From IMG/VR virus record IMGVR_UViG_3300029787_000052, positions 1 through 57,432 of that record: DNA of 57,432 nucleotides; one strand, given 5' to 3'. Below, piece after piece: positions 17,629-25,676 of this stretch. A program made the translations under genes and the position numbers. The notes under the pieces were generated by a model. It did no database searches, had not been told where the DNA came from, and saw nothing but the letters and a program-made list of their open reading frames with translations. Numbering within the stretch: position 1 is the first letter of the stretch; each line of letters opens with the position of its first letter. Origin of the DNA: a virus (Duplodnaviria > Caudoviricetes).

Positions 17629-18592
17629 CTGCTTCCTCCTTTTTGTTAGGCGTCATCCAATTACGATCTGAAAATGGGCGCTGTTCCTCCCAAGAACTGT
17701 CCCAAGTTTCTTGTGCGTTATCAGTAACTGTATTGAACAAACGATCATCAGCTAAAAAATTCTTGAGCTTTTCAAGTTGTAAACAATTTAGCTTGAACCA
17801 TTCACCGCGCACGCACATTTCTTCCATTTTTCGATGCAGCCATTTCTCTAGGGAACAAGCTAGAGGACTGTCTTTTGTCTTGTAAACAAATTGTAATTCA
17901 AAGGGAGAACCGATTTGTAGGCCGCGTATTCTCTCGCTGGGGTTTGTCGAAACCCCTATCTTAATAAGACAATCATCAGATTCTTCGGGCTGCTCACACT
18001 CTACAATGTAAAGACTTTTGTAACCCCCCAAAGATTTAAAGGCTGGCAGCTTAGAACTTTTTGGTGGGCTTACGGCAGGTGACGCAAGGTTGCCGTAAAG
18101 CCCTTGCTGTTGGTTATTGATCGCCTGTTCAACAGTTTCGACCAAGGGTTGAGGTTGGCGTTGCAAGTTCTTATTAGACGGCGCGGCAGGGGCTGGATTG
18201 TTTTTTTTGTGCCATTCTTTTATTCCACGCTCAAATTCGCTAAGACGTGGCCTTGTATGGCCTTGTGTGATCCTTTCCTGCTGATCTTCTTTCCAGATAT
18301 TTATAGCTTTTTCATAGCCAGAAATTATTTTCCAGTTAGAAAGACTAGATTTAGCAATCTCGTGGTCTCTAGTTAATTTCCCAGACCAGTGATGATGCTT
18401 AAAGTATCTCAACCTCTGGTCTGCGCCTTCAAAATTATCATAGCACCGCTTATCAACGACTCCATCTCTCAGAACAAAGTAAACCTGCTGAACAGGGTCG
18501 CCTACAACTGCTTTATAGCCACTTGGATCGCTTACAAGTTGCGGAGGGTGACCCTTTGTGTTGTCTCGTGAAGATTTAACGCTGTAGATCAT
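17621..18592 (-). CDS. GIY-YIG/T5orf172-domain protein
   Basis: LYIV..IKIGVSTNPSERIRGLQ.GSP..LE..LH..RGEWF in the C-terminal half. Confidence 0.8.
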   Translation of the reverse strand: MIYSVKSSRDNTKGHPPQLVSDPSGYKAVVGDPVQQVYFVLRDGVVDKRCYDNFEGADQRLRYFKHHHWSGKLTRDHEIAKSSLSNWKIISGYEKAINIWKEDQQERITQGHTRPRLSEFERGIKEWHKKNNPAPAAPSNKNLQRQPQPLVETVEQAINNQQQGLYGNLASPAVSPPKSSKLPAFKSLGGYKSLYIVECEQPEESDDCLIKIGVSTNPSERIRGLQIGSPFELQFVYKTKDSPLACSLEKWLHRKMEEMCVRGEWFKLNCLQLEKLKNFLADDRLFNTVTDNAQETWDSSWEEQRPFSDRNWMTPNKKEEADE

Positions 18593-19869
18593 GATGACCT
18601 TCCTTTCGATTTGTTAGTTAAGAGATAGTCCTTGGTGATGGTGCCAAGTTCTTTGTTGCCGCGCTTGTGAGACTTGACCCACACTCGCCGACCGTCGTGC
18701 AGTTTGCGGAAGTGGCCGCGCACATCGTGCAATCTTTTCATTCCGCGCACTTCTTCTAGGTAGTCGTCAGGCGTTATCGACACGCCGTTTACTTTAGGCA
18801 AATCAATCTCAAGCACTATGTGTGAGTTGAACTTGATCGGCTTTCCATATCTCAAACCACCGCGACCTGTCATAGGTCTCGGTGATTTAATCACCCAGTC
18901 ATAGTTAAGAACGTGCAACAGACAGATCAGAAACCTTGCGTCACCAGCCGACGATATACTTCCAGACAATCTGGTGATTGCCTCGTGATCTTCTCCACTG
19001 TAGTCGGGGTCATCGCCCGACATGCGAGGCACCATCCAATCAATCGACCTCGACTGCACGGCATGGATATGATTCGTCAGTCCAATGAAAGGCCAGTCTG
19101 AATACCTGTCCTCAGGGACAGATTGTAACTGTTCGTTAAACCACTGAACGCCCAGCAACATGCGAACATTTTCCGCGTGGGTATTTAAGTGTTGCTTGTA
19201 TTCTTCTTCATACTCTCCACTGTCGGAAGGGGTGAAGGAAAAGTCCCGATGAAACGCCCGATGATCTTTGTCTGACCAAGGATGTGGTGACAGTTCAAAC
19301 GCAGACCCATCAAACATAATCCGTTGACGGGTAATCGCTTGCCCTTCCTTTCCCAATGGGTACACGGGAGAAAAGCAGTAGTGATCTTCCTCGCCCGTCC
19401 CGATAAAGGGATAGTCAAGTTCTTCTATAAAGTAGCCAACGTAATCGGACGAACCCGACAAACCTGCCGACCACATTGAATGAGCGGCAGTGTTATTGGT
19501 CGTGAGGTAGTGCTCGCCGATTGCTTCTTGTCTTACTCTCTCGTCCCACTCAATCCACATAGGTGTGTTGGGCGGCACGGCATCGCCGATAATAGCCAAC
19601 AGTTCATCTGCACTGATAGCCATCGAAAGAGTAACAGCGTGGCGAACCATCGATTCGTCTACTGTGTAACGAGTAGCTTTACGAAGTCCATTGTAAGCGC
19701 CCTTAATTCGCTCACGCGAGTGAGGGGTAAGTTTGACCCGTTCTCCCTTGCTGTTGCGTCGGGCGACACTGGGGCAAATGTTTGGCACACTTTCGTAGGA
19801 GATGAGGCCAACCTTTGGCGCAGATAAAGCGGCCAGCGTTTGATCGGCCAGATTATATTCACTGGTCAT
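18589..19869 (-). CDS. Hypothetical protein with C-terminal H.VRGH.R..VWV..H.RG motif
   Basis: 426 aa from ATG 19869 after a GAAAGGAAGG RBS. Confidence 0.8.
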   Translation of the reverse strand: MTSEYNLADQTLAALSAPKVGLISYESVPNICPSVARRNSKGERVKLTPHSRERIKGAYNGLRKATRYTVDESMVRHAVTLSMAISADELLAIIGDAVPPNTPMWIEWDERVRQEAIGEHYLTTNNTAAHSMWSAGLSGSSDYVGYFIEELDYPFIGTGEEDHYCFSPVYPLGKEGQAITRQRIMFDGSAFELSPHPWSDKDHRAFHRDFSFTPSDSGEYEEEYKQHLNTHAENVRMLLGVQWFNEQLQSVPEDRYSDWPFIGLTNHIHAVQSRSIDWMVPRMSGDDPDYSGEDHEAITRLSGSISSAGDARFLICLLHVLNYDWVIKSPRPMTGRGGLRYGKPIKFNSHIVLEIDLPKVNGVSITPDDYLEEVRGMKRLHDVRGHFRKLHDGRRVWVKSHKRGNKELGTITKDYLLTNKSKGRSS

Positions 19870-19884
19870 GATGACCTTCCTTTC
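18589..19884 (-). repeat. 19-bp direct repeat GAAAGGAAGGTCATCATGA (18589-18607 and 19866-19884)
   Basis: Identical RBS+start sequence at both ends of the 426-aa gene. Confidence 0.85.
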
Positions 19885-19894
19885 TGTGATTGAT

Positions 19895-19910
19895 GAGTCA
19901 CTGGTAACCT
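19895..19910. promoter_or_regulatory. 16-bp palindromic element GAGTCACTGGTAACCT (1 mismatch)
   Basis: Lies between a terminator and the RBS of the 426-aa gene. Confidence 0.65.
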
Positions 19911-19915
19911 GTAAG

Positions 19916-19948
19916 AAAAAGGGCGGCACCCATGATTAGGTGCCGCCC
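19916..19948 (-). terminator. Rho-independent terminator
   Basis: GGGCGGCACC-8 nt-GGTGCCGCCC followed by TTTTT on the minus strand. Confidence 0.8.
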
Positions 19949-20039
19949 GTGAGCCACGAGATTCCGAAAGGTTACCGTTTACATCTCCGCTCACTGACGG
20001 GGTTTTGAGTGGGGCACTCGCCGTCTGATCCCCCCACAG

Positions 20040-20372
20040 TCATGAGCCGACGTAACGCCAGACTTTTATCTCCCGACTGTGGTTAGACTTTCGAGAAGAC
20101 TTGATCCTTTCACCCGTAAACTCCCATTCCTTTCCCCGGAACAGAGAGCCAGCCGCATTGCCCAGCGACTCGGTGATGCCTTCCTTCTCGAATGCTTTGC
20201 CGACATCGTCAGCGGTTACGGTTCTGCTGCCGCGAAGCATGGCGATTTGTCTTGCGACGTGACGCGCATGGTCAAGCAACATATGCTTGCCGCCATACTC
20301 TGCGGCAGTCATGCCTTCTTGCTTAAGGCGATTGCTTTCCGCGATGTCGAACAGGTCTGGATCGTTGTTCAT
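20040..20372 (-). CDS. Hypothetical protein (possible wHTH)
   Basis: VTADDV...NAAGSLFR..W...S.R...H.R.I.VW pattern; co-directional with the operon. Confidence 0.7.
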   Translation of the reverse strand: MNNDPDLFDIAESNRLKQEGMTAAEYGGKHMLLDHARHVARQIAMLRGSRTVTADDVGKAFEKEGITESLGNAAGSLFRGKEWEFTGERIKSSRKSNHSREIKVWRYVGS

Positions 20373-20373
20373 G

Positions 20374-20526
20374 TCAATGGCCTTTCATTTCAATAATGAC
20401 TTGGTCGAATGCCGGTGCCAGAACGATGAAACCAGCGACCAAAACTGCTCCGATGAATGCGACGATGATGGACAATATGATTTCCTTCTTGTCGCGCTTT
20501 GCCCAGTCGGGACGGTGTTTATTCAT
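20374..20526 (-). CDS. Small single-TM membrane protein
   Basis: GGAGG RBS before ATG 20526; hydrophobic segment IILSIIVAFIGAVLVAGFIVLA. Confidence 0.65.
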   Translation of the reverse strand: MNKHRPDWAKRDKKEIILSIIVAFIGAVLVAGFIVLAPAFDQVIIEMKGH

Positions 20527-20550
20527 GATTTCCTCCAAAATAACGGCGAT

Positions 20551-20604
20551 TCTCATCGACCTCGTGAGTAGTTGGTGGTGCAACCACCCACGAGATCAAC
20601 GAGA
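20551..20604 (-). other. 24-bp RNA stem (RNase III-type processing site candidate)
   Basis: Fully paired only as minus-strand RNA, with 5 G-U pairs and a 6-nt loop; intergenic. Confidence 0.7.
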
Positions 20605-20614
20605 GAAGCCATGA

Positions 20615-21907
20615 TTATCGGCTGATCTGAACGACTTGCGCCCAGTCAGCCTGTTTCTCGATGGTCTCAAGCCAATGCTGATGCTGTATGCATGCAGCAA
20701 TCAGTGTCGGGCATGACGGCTCAGGGATTTCGTCGTAGTAATCCTCGCAATCACTGAACACGATGATCGCATCGACATCCAAGCCTTCTTCTTCGATATG
20801 CTCGAAAGCACCCTTGGTGTTTGTGCCACCATAGAAACGAGTGCGGTCGATCTCGTCACCAGCCTCGACCACCTGCGTGTCTCTCACATAGTGTGTGAAC
20901 TTGATGACGTGGCTGGTGATCTCGAACTCGGACGCGATCAACTGCAACTCCTCACAGAACTGGGCGAACATCTCGTCATCGACTGATGATGACACGTCAA
21001 GCAGAACTGCAATCTCACCGCCGACATCGACACGGCGGCTAGGCAGCGGCACACCCACTGCACGAGACCGGCGACCAAGCCGCTGGTATGTCGTGCCAGA
21101 TGGGCGACCGTCCAGCAGGAACCGACGCAACACCGACCGCCAGTCAACCTGTGGGCGGCGAAGCATATCAATGTGCTGCTTGAAGGGGCTGTCTTCCTTG
21201 CCAGCCTCGCCAGATATCATGGCGGCGTTCAGCACAATCTCAGTCCACTTGTCCTCTTGCTCCTGTATGTCAGAGGCAGAGAGAGCGGAGCCGTCATCGT
21301 TTGTGCCGTCGATCACCACTCCGTGGCCTTGCATGTCCACTGGCTGGTCGTCACCCGACTGAGCAGGTAAAGCGGGAGCGTCTTGAGAGTCGCCGTTCTC
21401 TGCGGCTTTCGCGTCGTTACCCTGAGCATTACCCTGAGCATCGCCCTCATCACCACCCTTTGGTGATTCGCCCTCGCCTTGCTGACCAGCGGCTGGTGGT
21501 TCTGGCTGATCCTCAAAGAGCTTTCCGTAGATGTCTTCTGCGGACTGTCCGTCCCAAGCCAGATCAACCAACCCGTCTTCGGGCAGAGAGAAACCGGCAG
21601 CAACCAAGATGGCGTTGATGGCGTAGTCGGCGGCGATGTTCCAGTTGTTCTGGTCACGCTGACCTCGACGCAGATGGTGCTTGAAGATGACGTGGCAAAC
21701 CTCATGGGCAACCACTCCCTTGAGGTGAGCGTTCGAGTGCTTGTCAACAAACGCGGGGTTGAACAGGATGCGCTTGCCATCGGTCGCCATCGTCTCAAAC
21801 TGATCGGTCTCGACCAGATCAAGACGCATGGCGATGTTACCGAAGAACGGATTGTCCAGCAGTAGCTGGGTCCGCGCCTTGGTGATCTTCTGATGTGCTA
21901 GTGACAT
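20615..21907 (-). CDS. Metallopeptidase-VWA protein (DUF2201-like)
   Basis: TMATDG, AHEVCH (HExxH), WNIAADYAIN, acidic linker, MIDAS DVSSS..GGT..FSD. Confidence 0.9.
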   Translation of the reverse strand: MSLAHQKITKARTQLLLDNPFFGNIAMRLDLVETDQFETMATDGKRILFNPAFVDKHSNAHLKGVVAHEVCHVIFKHHLRRGQRDQNNWNIAADYAINAILVAAGFSLPEDGLVDLAWDGQSAEDIYGKLFEDQPEPPAAGQQGEGESPKGGDEGDAQGNAQGNDAKAAENGDSQDAPALPAQSGDDQPVDMQGHGVVIDGTNDDGSALSASDIQEQEDKWTEIVLNAAMISGEAGKEDSPFKQHIDMLRRPQVDWRSVLRRFLLDGRPSGTTYQRLGRRSRAVGVPLPSRRVDVGGEIAVLLDVSSSVDDEMFAQFCEELQLIASEFEITSHVIKFTHYVRDTQVVEAGDEIDRTRFYGGTNTKGAFEHIEEEGLDVDAIIVFSDCEDYYDEIPEPSCPTLIAACIQHQHWLETIEKQADWAQVVQISR

Positions 21908-21919
21908 ATCAATACCTCC

Positions 21920-22786
21920 TTACTGACCGATGAAATCATCGATCTGGTTCATGATCTGACGAGCGTTGTCAGCGACTTCTTGACGCTTGCCCTCGTCTTT
22001 CTTGAGGGTAGAGGCATCGGTCTCGGTCAAGCGCAGCCCGATATCCTTGGCAAGTTGCTCAAGCCGTGGATCATCGCCGACGTTCAGCGATGGCAGCAGA
22101 TCGGCAATGTCACGCACGTTGCCGACCAGACTGTCGTAAAGCTTGGCACCTTTCTTGTCGGGATCGAAAGCTTCGAGACGCTCGACCATGTTGCTGATGG
22201 CAGAGTAGGCGCGGTCGAAACACTCGCTGGTCACCTGCGTGACACGCTCGTCATTCTTGCGCTGCATCTGCGTGACGATCTTCTGCTTGTCTTCAGCAGA
22301 CATGGCCACCCGAAAGTCGCCAGCCTCAGGGACAGGCCGAACCTCGACATCCGAATGAAACAACTCGGCACATGCCTCGACGCTGGGAAATATGTCAGCG
22401 TCGAACAGGTCGCCCAGTCGATGCGGTGCCTGATCAACCAACTCAGGATAGACCTTGAGGAAGTCAGCCACCGCGATGTCGAAGGCGTCGGTCTTCTCAC
22501 GCATCACTTCGGTGAAGCGGTCATAGCCCTTGGCCTTGATGATGTACCAGCCATCCTCGGACCACGGCGCAGTCTCGGCGGCGAACACATTGTAGAGCGC
22601 ACCACGAGCAGTCTTCACCGCCTTGTATGCGGGGTGGGTAGTATCGATCAGCGTCTTGATGACCTTGACCGCCCGTTGGTTGGCGTTCTTCTGGTCCGCG
22701 ACTTCGAGCGATACGCCCTTGTCAGTCTTGGAGAAGCTGGGGTATTTCACCGACAGCCTCACAAGCAGTGCTTTTTCTGAAAGCAT
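21920..22786 (-). CDS. Conserved helical protein (DUF3150-like) between AAA and VWA genes
   Basis: ALLV.LS...K.DK, T.PW, LGDLF...FP, LN...DP.L pattern; GAGGTG RBS. Confidence 0.75.
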   Translation of the reverse strand: MLSEKALLVRLSVKYPSFSKTDKGVSLEVADQKNANQRAVKVIKTLIDTTHPAYKAVKTARGALYNVFAAETAPWSEDGWYIIKAKGYDRFTEVMREKTDAFDIAVADFLKVYPELVDQAPHRLGDLFDADIFPSVEACAELFHSDVEVRPVPEAGDFRVAMSAEDKQKIVTQMQRKNDERVTQVTSECFDRAYSAISNMVERLEAFDPDKKGAKLYDSLVGNVRDIADLLPSLNVGDDPRLEQLAKDIGLRLTETDASTLKKDEGKRQEVADNARQIMNQIDDFIGQ

Positions 22787-22812
22787 AATTCACCTCTCGG
22801 ATTGATGTTGAC

Positions 22813-22828
22813 GAGTCACTGATGACTC
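22813..22828. promoter_or_regulatory. 16-bp palindromic element GAGTCACTGATGACTC
   Basis: Arms extend to ACGAGTCA/TGACTCGT; 21 bp identical to the 26308 copy. Confidence 0.7.
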
Positions 22829-22839
22829 GTAGATGCATT

Positions 22840-22895
22840 TGCATCTATCAGCACACCGGATGTGATGTGCTGGTAGATGCAGGGGCCGAAGCCCC
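22840..22895 (-). other. Intergenic 18-bp stem plus C(UUCG)G hairpin
   Basis: Stem 22840-22881 with one mismatch; GGGGC-UUCG-GCCCC at 22882-22895. Confidence 0.6.
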
Positions 22896-22902
22896 CACAC
22901 CG

Positions 22903-23889
22903 TTAGCCGAGTTCCACGTCGGCATTGTCTGCGCGGTACTGGCAGACCGCCTTGGTCTCAGCCAGATCGGGATGGCGCGAGAGAATGTCACGCACCAGCA
23001 CGACACCAAACTCACGGCCTAGTCGTTTGCCGTAGATCAGCGCAGCCTCGATGGTGTCCTCGTCCACCCGCTTGGCGATGTTGGCGACCAGCGCGATAGT
23101 CACGTCGGTATCCGTAGGCACCTCGCAGTTCTCAGGGTCATCGAACACCTTGCTGACCGGGATCAGCCGGTCGAAGATGCGGAGGAACCCGGCAAACTCA
23201 GCCGCACGTCCCTGCCCAATCAGACCGGATAGCGCGGGAAGATAGTCCCGGCTTTCGATATGCGGCAGCAGCGCAGACACCGCCGACCACGACCGTGCAG
23301 TCGGGCTGACCTCGGCCTTGGGGTCGAACTCTTGCAGGGCATCAGGGCGATGCCGCACATAGCCGACCACACGATGGTCGATACCGGACTGGCCAGCCCA
23401 TGCAGCCCAGTCGTCAACGTCTGCTTCGAGCGGCACGACAGTCAGGCGGTCACGCACATGGGTTGGCAGTGGGCGACAACCCGCCTTGTCTTTGGAGCGG
23501 TTGCCAGTGGCAATCACCGACCAGCCGTCAGGCAACTGATAGCCGTGCAACTCACGTTCCAGCAAGAGACGTGCGGCACCGTTGAGGACGCCTTCGTCAC
23601 CCTGCGGTAACTCGTCAATGAGAAGCACACCGACATCCCCGTCACGATCTGCACGGGGTAGCCAGTCCATTGGCTTGAAGGTGGTCATTGCCCCTGACAC
23701 GTCAGGAATGCCAGTCCAGTCTTCACGGGCCATCGTCGGCACCGGAGCGTAGATCAGGTTGCCGCCCAGTTGCTTGGCGATCTGTCGGGCCAAGGCAGTC
23801 TTGCCCAGTCCGGGTTCGCCTTCGAGATATGGAACGCCGCCGGACTTGAGGATGGCGAGGGTGATGCGTAAAGCTTGAGAGTATTTCAT
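22903..23889 (-). CDS. MoxR-like AAA+ ATPase
   Basis: Walker A GEPGLGKT, Walker B LLIDE, ATGN, RDRL, PTARSW. Confidence 0.92.
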   Translation of the reverse strand: MKYSQALRITLAILKSGGVPYLEGEPGLGKTALARQIAKQLGGNLIYAPVPTMAREDWTGIPDVSGAMTTFKPMDWLPRADRDGDVGVLLIDELPQGDEGVLNGAARLLLERELHGYQLPDGWSVIATGNRSKDKAGCRPLPTHVRDRLTVVPLEADVDDWAAWAGQSGIDHRVVGYVRHRPDALQEFDPKAEVSPTARSWSAVSALLPHIESRDYLPALSGLIGQGRAAEFAGFLRIFDRLIPVSKVFDDPENCEVPTDTDVTIALVANIAKRVDEDTIEAALIYGKRLGREFGVVLVRDILSRHPDLAETKAVCQYRADNADVELG

Positions 23890-23891
23890 GG

Positions 23892-24125
23892 TTAGCTTCC
23901 TTCCGGGTTGTGCTTGGTTTCAAAAATGGTGGACTGCCACGTCATCAGGGCGACTTTGGCAATGACGACTGACAGCGACTTGCGGGTTGGCAATCCGCGA
24001 TCAGCCAGTTCTTCTCTGGCCGCACGGGCAATCTCAGAGATAGACGACTGAGAATGCAGATCGCACTCGAAGCGAGACTGCATATCTGATGCAATCTCGG
24101 TGATAGTTTCGGCTGAAACAAACAT
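23892..24125 (-). CDS. Small hypothetical protein
   Basis: AGGAGG RBS, ATG 24125, 77 aa. Confidence 0.65.
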   Translation of the reverse strand: MFVSAETITEIASDMQSRFECDLHSQSSISEIARAAREELADRGLPTRKSLSVVIAKVALMTWQSTIFETKHNPEGS

Positions 24126-24138
24126 TTGATTTGCCTCC

Positions 24139-24330
24139 TTACTTACGGGCCGCGACCATTGCGCGGATATGACGCTCACGTTCACGAGCAAGTTTTTCCT
24201 CACGCTTGTGCTGGCGCTTGATGGCGGCGACCTGTTCGTCGCCAAAGACGCCTGTCGCCCACATCCCCATGATGGTGATGACAAAGAAGACGACGGTGGT
24301 GATGACGACGAAGCTTGCAAAGATTTCCAT
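24139..24330 (-). CDS. Small membrane protein
   Basis: N-terminal TM and charged C-terminus; preceded by the 18-nt shared leader. Confidence 0.7.
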   Translation of the reverse strand: MEIFASFVVITTVVFFVITIMGMWATGVFGDEQVAAIKRQHKREEKLARERERHIRAMVAARK

Positions 24331-24358
24331 GATAGTTCCCTTCGGAGTTGATGTTGAT

Positions 24359-24374
24359 GAGTCACTGGTAACTT
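24359..24374. promoter_or_regulatory. 16-bp palindromic element GAGTCACTGGTAACTT
   Basis: Exact consensus match abutting the 3' end of hammerhead 2. Confidence 0.7.
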
Positions 24375-24445
24375 CTGGCTACCCAGACCGCCGCCTGATG
24401 GCGACGGTTTCGACCCCTGCCAGAGGGTCATCGTCAGTGGGCTAG
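24375..24445 (-). ncRNA. Hammerhead ribozyme, type I
   Basis: CUAg-CCCA|CUGACGA|U|GACCCU-cuggca-GGGGUC|GAA|ACCGUCGCC-auca-GGCGGCGGU|C|UGGG-UAG; GUC triplet with C17 at 24386; loop II CUGGC is complementary to the 3' GCCAG. Confidence 0.88.
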
Positions 24446-24627
24446 TCGTTCCCAAGAACACATTTCCTCAGGGTCTCCAGAGACTGATCGGGAAGATCAG
24501 CAATGAAGCGCAGGTCTTCGTCGTGACGAAGACGTTTGCGGATAACGTCAAGCACGGGTATCGGCTTGATGTCGCCACGCTCATGCGCGGCTTGAATGAT
24601 CCGATTAGATCGGGAGTGGTCAACCAT
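24442..24627 (-). CDS. Small hypothetical protein
   Basis: AAGGAG RBS; 61 aa; its stop codon forms part of hammerhead stem I. Confidence 0.65.
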   Translation of the reverse strand: MVDHSRSNRIIQAAHERGDIKPIPVLDVIRKRLRHDEDLRFIADLPDQSLETLRKCVLGND

Positions 24628-24654
24628 GTGTGTCTCCTTTGGTTGGTGTTGGGA

Positions 24655-24798
24655 TTAGTCGGTCCAGCGGTCGATCATGGCCTTCGCTTCGCGCAGCAAC
24701 TCTGCGCCATCGGTCCAGCATTCTTCGGTGGCGGGGCGCATGTTGAAGTGACCGGCTTCCATGCGCTCGATGATCCAGCCTTTGTAGTGATGTTCCAT
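24655..24798 (-). CDS. Small hypothetical protein (47 aa, not in ORF track)
   Basis: MEHHYKGWIIER...LREAKAMIDRWTD; GGGGAG RBS. Confidence 0.65.
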   Translation of the reverse strand: MEHHYKGWIIERMEAGHFNMRPATEECWTDGAELLREAKAMIDRWTD

Positions 24799-24817
24799 GT
24801 CAGTCTCCCCAGTTGGT

Positions 24818-24839
24818 GCCGGGAGCCGAAGCCCCCGGC
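24818..24839 (-). other. C(UUCG)G stable hairpin after first early gene
   Basis: GCCGGGGGC-UUCG-GCUCCCGGC; the G-U pair and loop favour the minus strand. Confidence 0.65.
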
Positions 24840-24845
24840 GATTGG

Positions 24846-25490
24846 TTACGCTGCCTGTTTGAGGACAGTCACGTTCTCATGACCGTTCGAGATTGCGACG
24901 GCGGCAGATGTTGACCGCTCCAGCAATTCCCAGACAGCGGTCATGCCCTCGACAGTGTCGAGGTCGAGACCGTTTGCCTTCACCAGTTTCTGGGCGAGGG
25001 CGACCAGCTTCTCTTCGTCGCTGACCTCTTCCACCGGGTTGAGGTGTTGGACCAGCTTGTTGTAGCTGTTGATCTCAAGGGCATCGCAAATGTCAGCGAC
25101 TTCGCGGCTGACCTCAGCAATCGCGTTGACCCACGCACTGCTTTCCTGAGTGGTCCTGCTGATCGCGACAGCCCCGTCTCCGATGACCTCGGCGAAGTCG
25201 TCGGACTTGGCAAGCTTCTGAGCATTCTCAGCAAGCTTCTTGCCCTTGCCCGACTTGTTCTTCTGGCCGAGCACGTCGAAGCAGACCGTTTCGAGGAATG
25301 CACCGGCATCGGCCTTGCGGCCTTTGCGGTTGCGAAGGATGTCAGCGTTGATCGCCTCGACTGCGATCAGGGCGATCAGGCTGAACTTGTCTGCTTCAAC
25401 ATTCAGTTCGGAGCGGAGGCTGGAAATCTCACCCTCTTTGACGGAGATGGTGTTGGCGACGTTGGCGGCTTCTTGGATAAGGTAGGTCAT
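24846..25490 (-). CDS. First early protein, unknown function
   Basis: 214-aa helical ORF downstream of the promoter and hammerhead 1. Confidence 0.8.
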   Translation of the reverse strand: MTYLIQEAANVANTISVKEGEISSLRSELNVEADKFSLIALIAVEAINADILRNRKGRKADAGAFLETVCFDVLGQKNKSGKGKKLAENAQKLAKSDDFAEVIGDGAVAISRTTQESSAWVNAIAEVSREVADICDALEINSYNKLVQHLNPVEEVSDEEKLVALAQKLVKANGLDLDTVEGMTAVWELLERSTSAAVAISNGHENVTVLKQAA

Positions 25491-25516
25491 GTTGTAGTTC
25501 CCTTCGGAGTTGTGTG

Positions 25517-25571
25517 TGTGTTTCGATCCTGCTGGATCATCATCAGCGGTGCAGCATCAGCACCGGACACA
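25517..25571 (-). ncRNA. Hammerhead ribozyme, type III
   Basis: UGUGU|C|CGGUGC-ugaugcu-GCACCG|CUGAUGA|U|GAUCC-agca-GGAUC|GAA|ACACA; GUC triplet with C17 at 25566; loop I UGCU is complementary to loop II AGCA. Confidence 0.9.
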
Positions 25572-25676
25572 ATTTTTCTTTCGGCTGGGTCTGATCAGGT
25601 GCCCTGCGCTTCGAGGATGCCTTGTGTCCCCCTGCGTTGTGGTCCGCGTTGTTTTTGCCTCGCGATGGCCGTGAGC

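Larger units (their letters stand above)
24333..25512 (-). repeat. 18-bp direct repeat CAACTCCGAAGGGAACTA (24333-24350 and 25495-25512)
   Basis: Identical RBS-containing leader downstream of each hammerhead. Confidence 0.85.

Noticed and set aside
17715-17730. Near-matches to the palindrome (17717 GTTATCAGTAAC; 37623 AAGTTACTGATAATGG)
   Set aside because: Two or more mismatches; could be chance, so not counted.
22819-22895. CTGATGA at 22819 (and 26314) as further hammerheads
   Set aside because: No stem II followed by GAAA and no compatible NUH or stem III; these are part of the 16-bp palindrome.
23892-24461. 189-aa ORF as listed in the track
   Set aside because: Its 5' part runs through the hammerhead and another gene; the RBS supports a start at 24125.
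25578-25600. CUGAUCA...CGAAAG upstream of hammerhead 1
   Set aside because: G8 is replaced without a compensating C3 change, and stem II does not pair.
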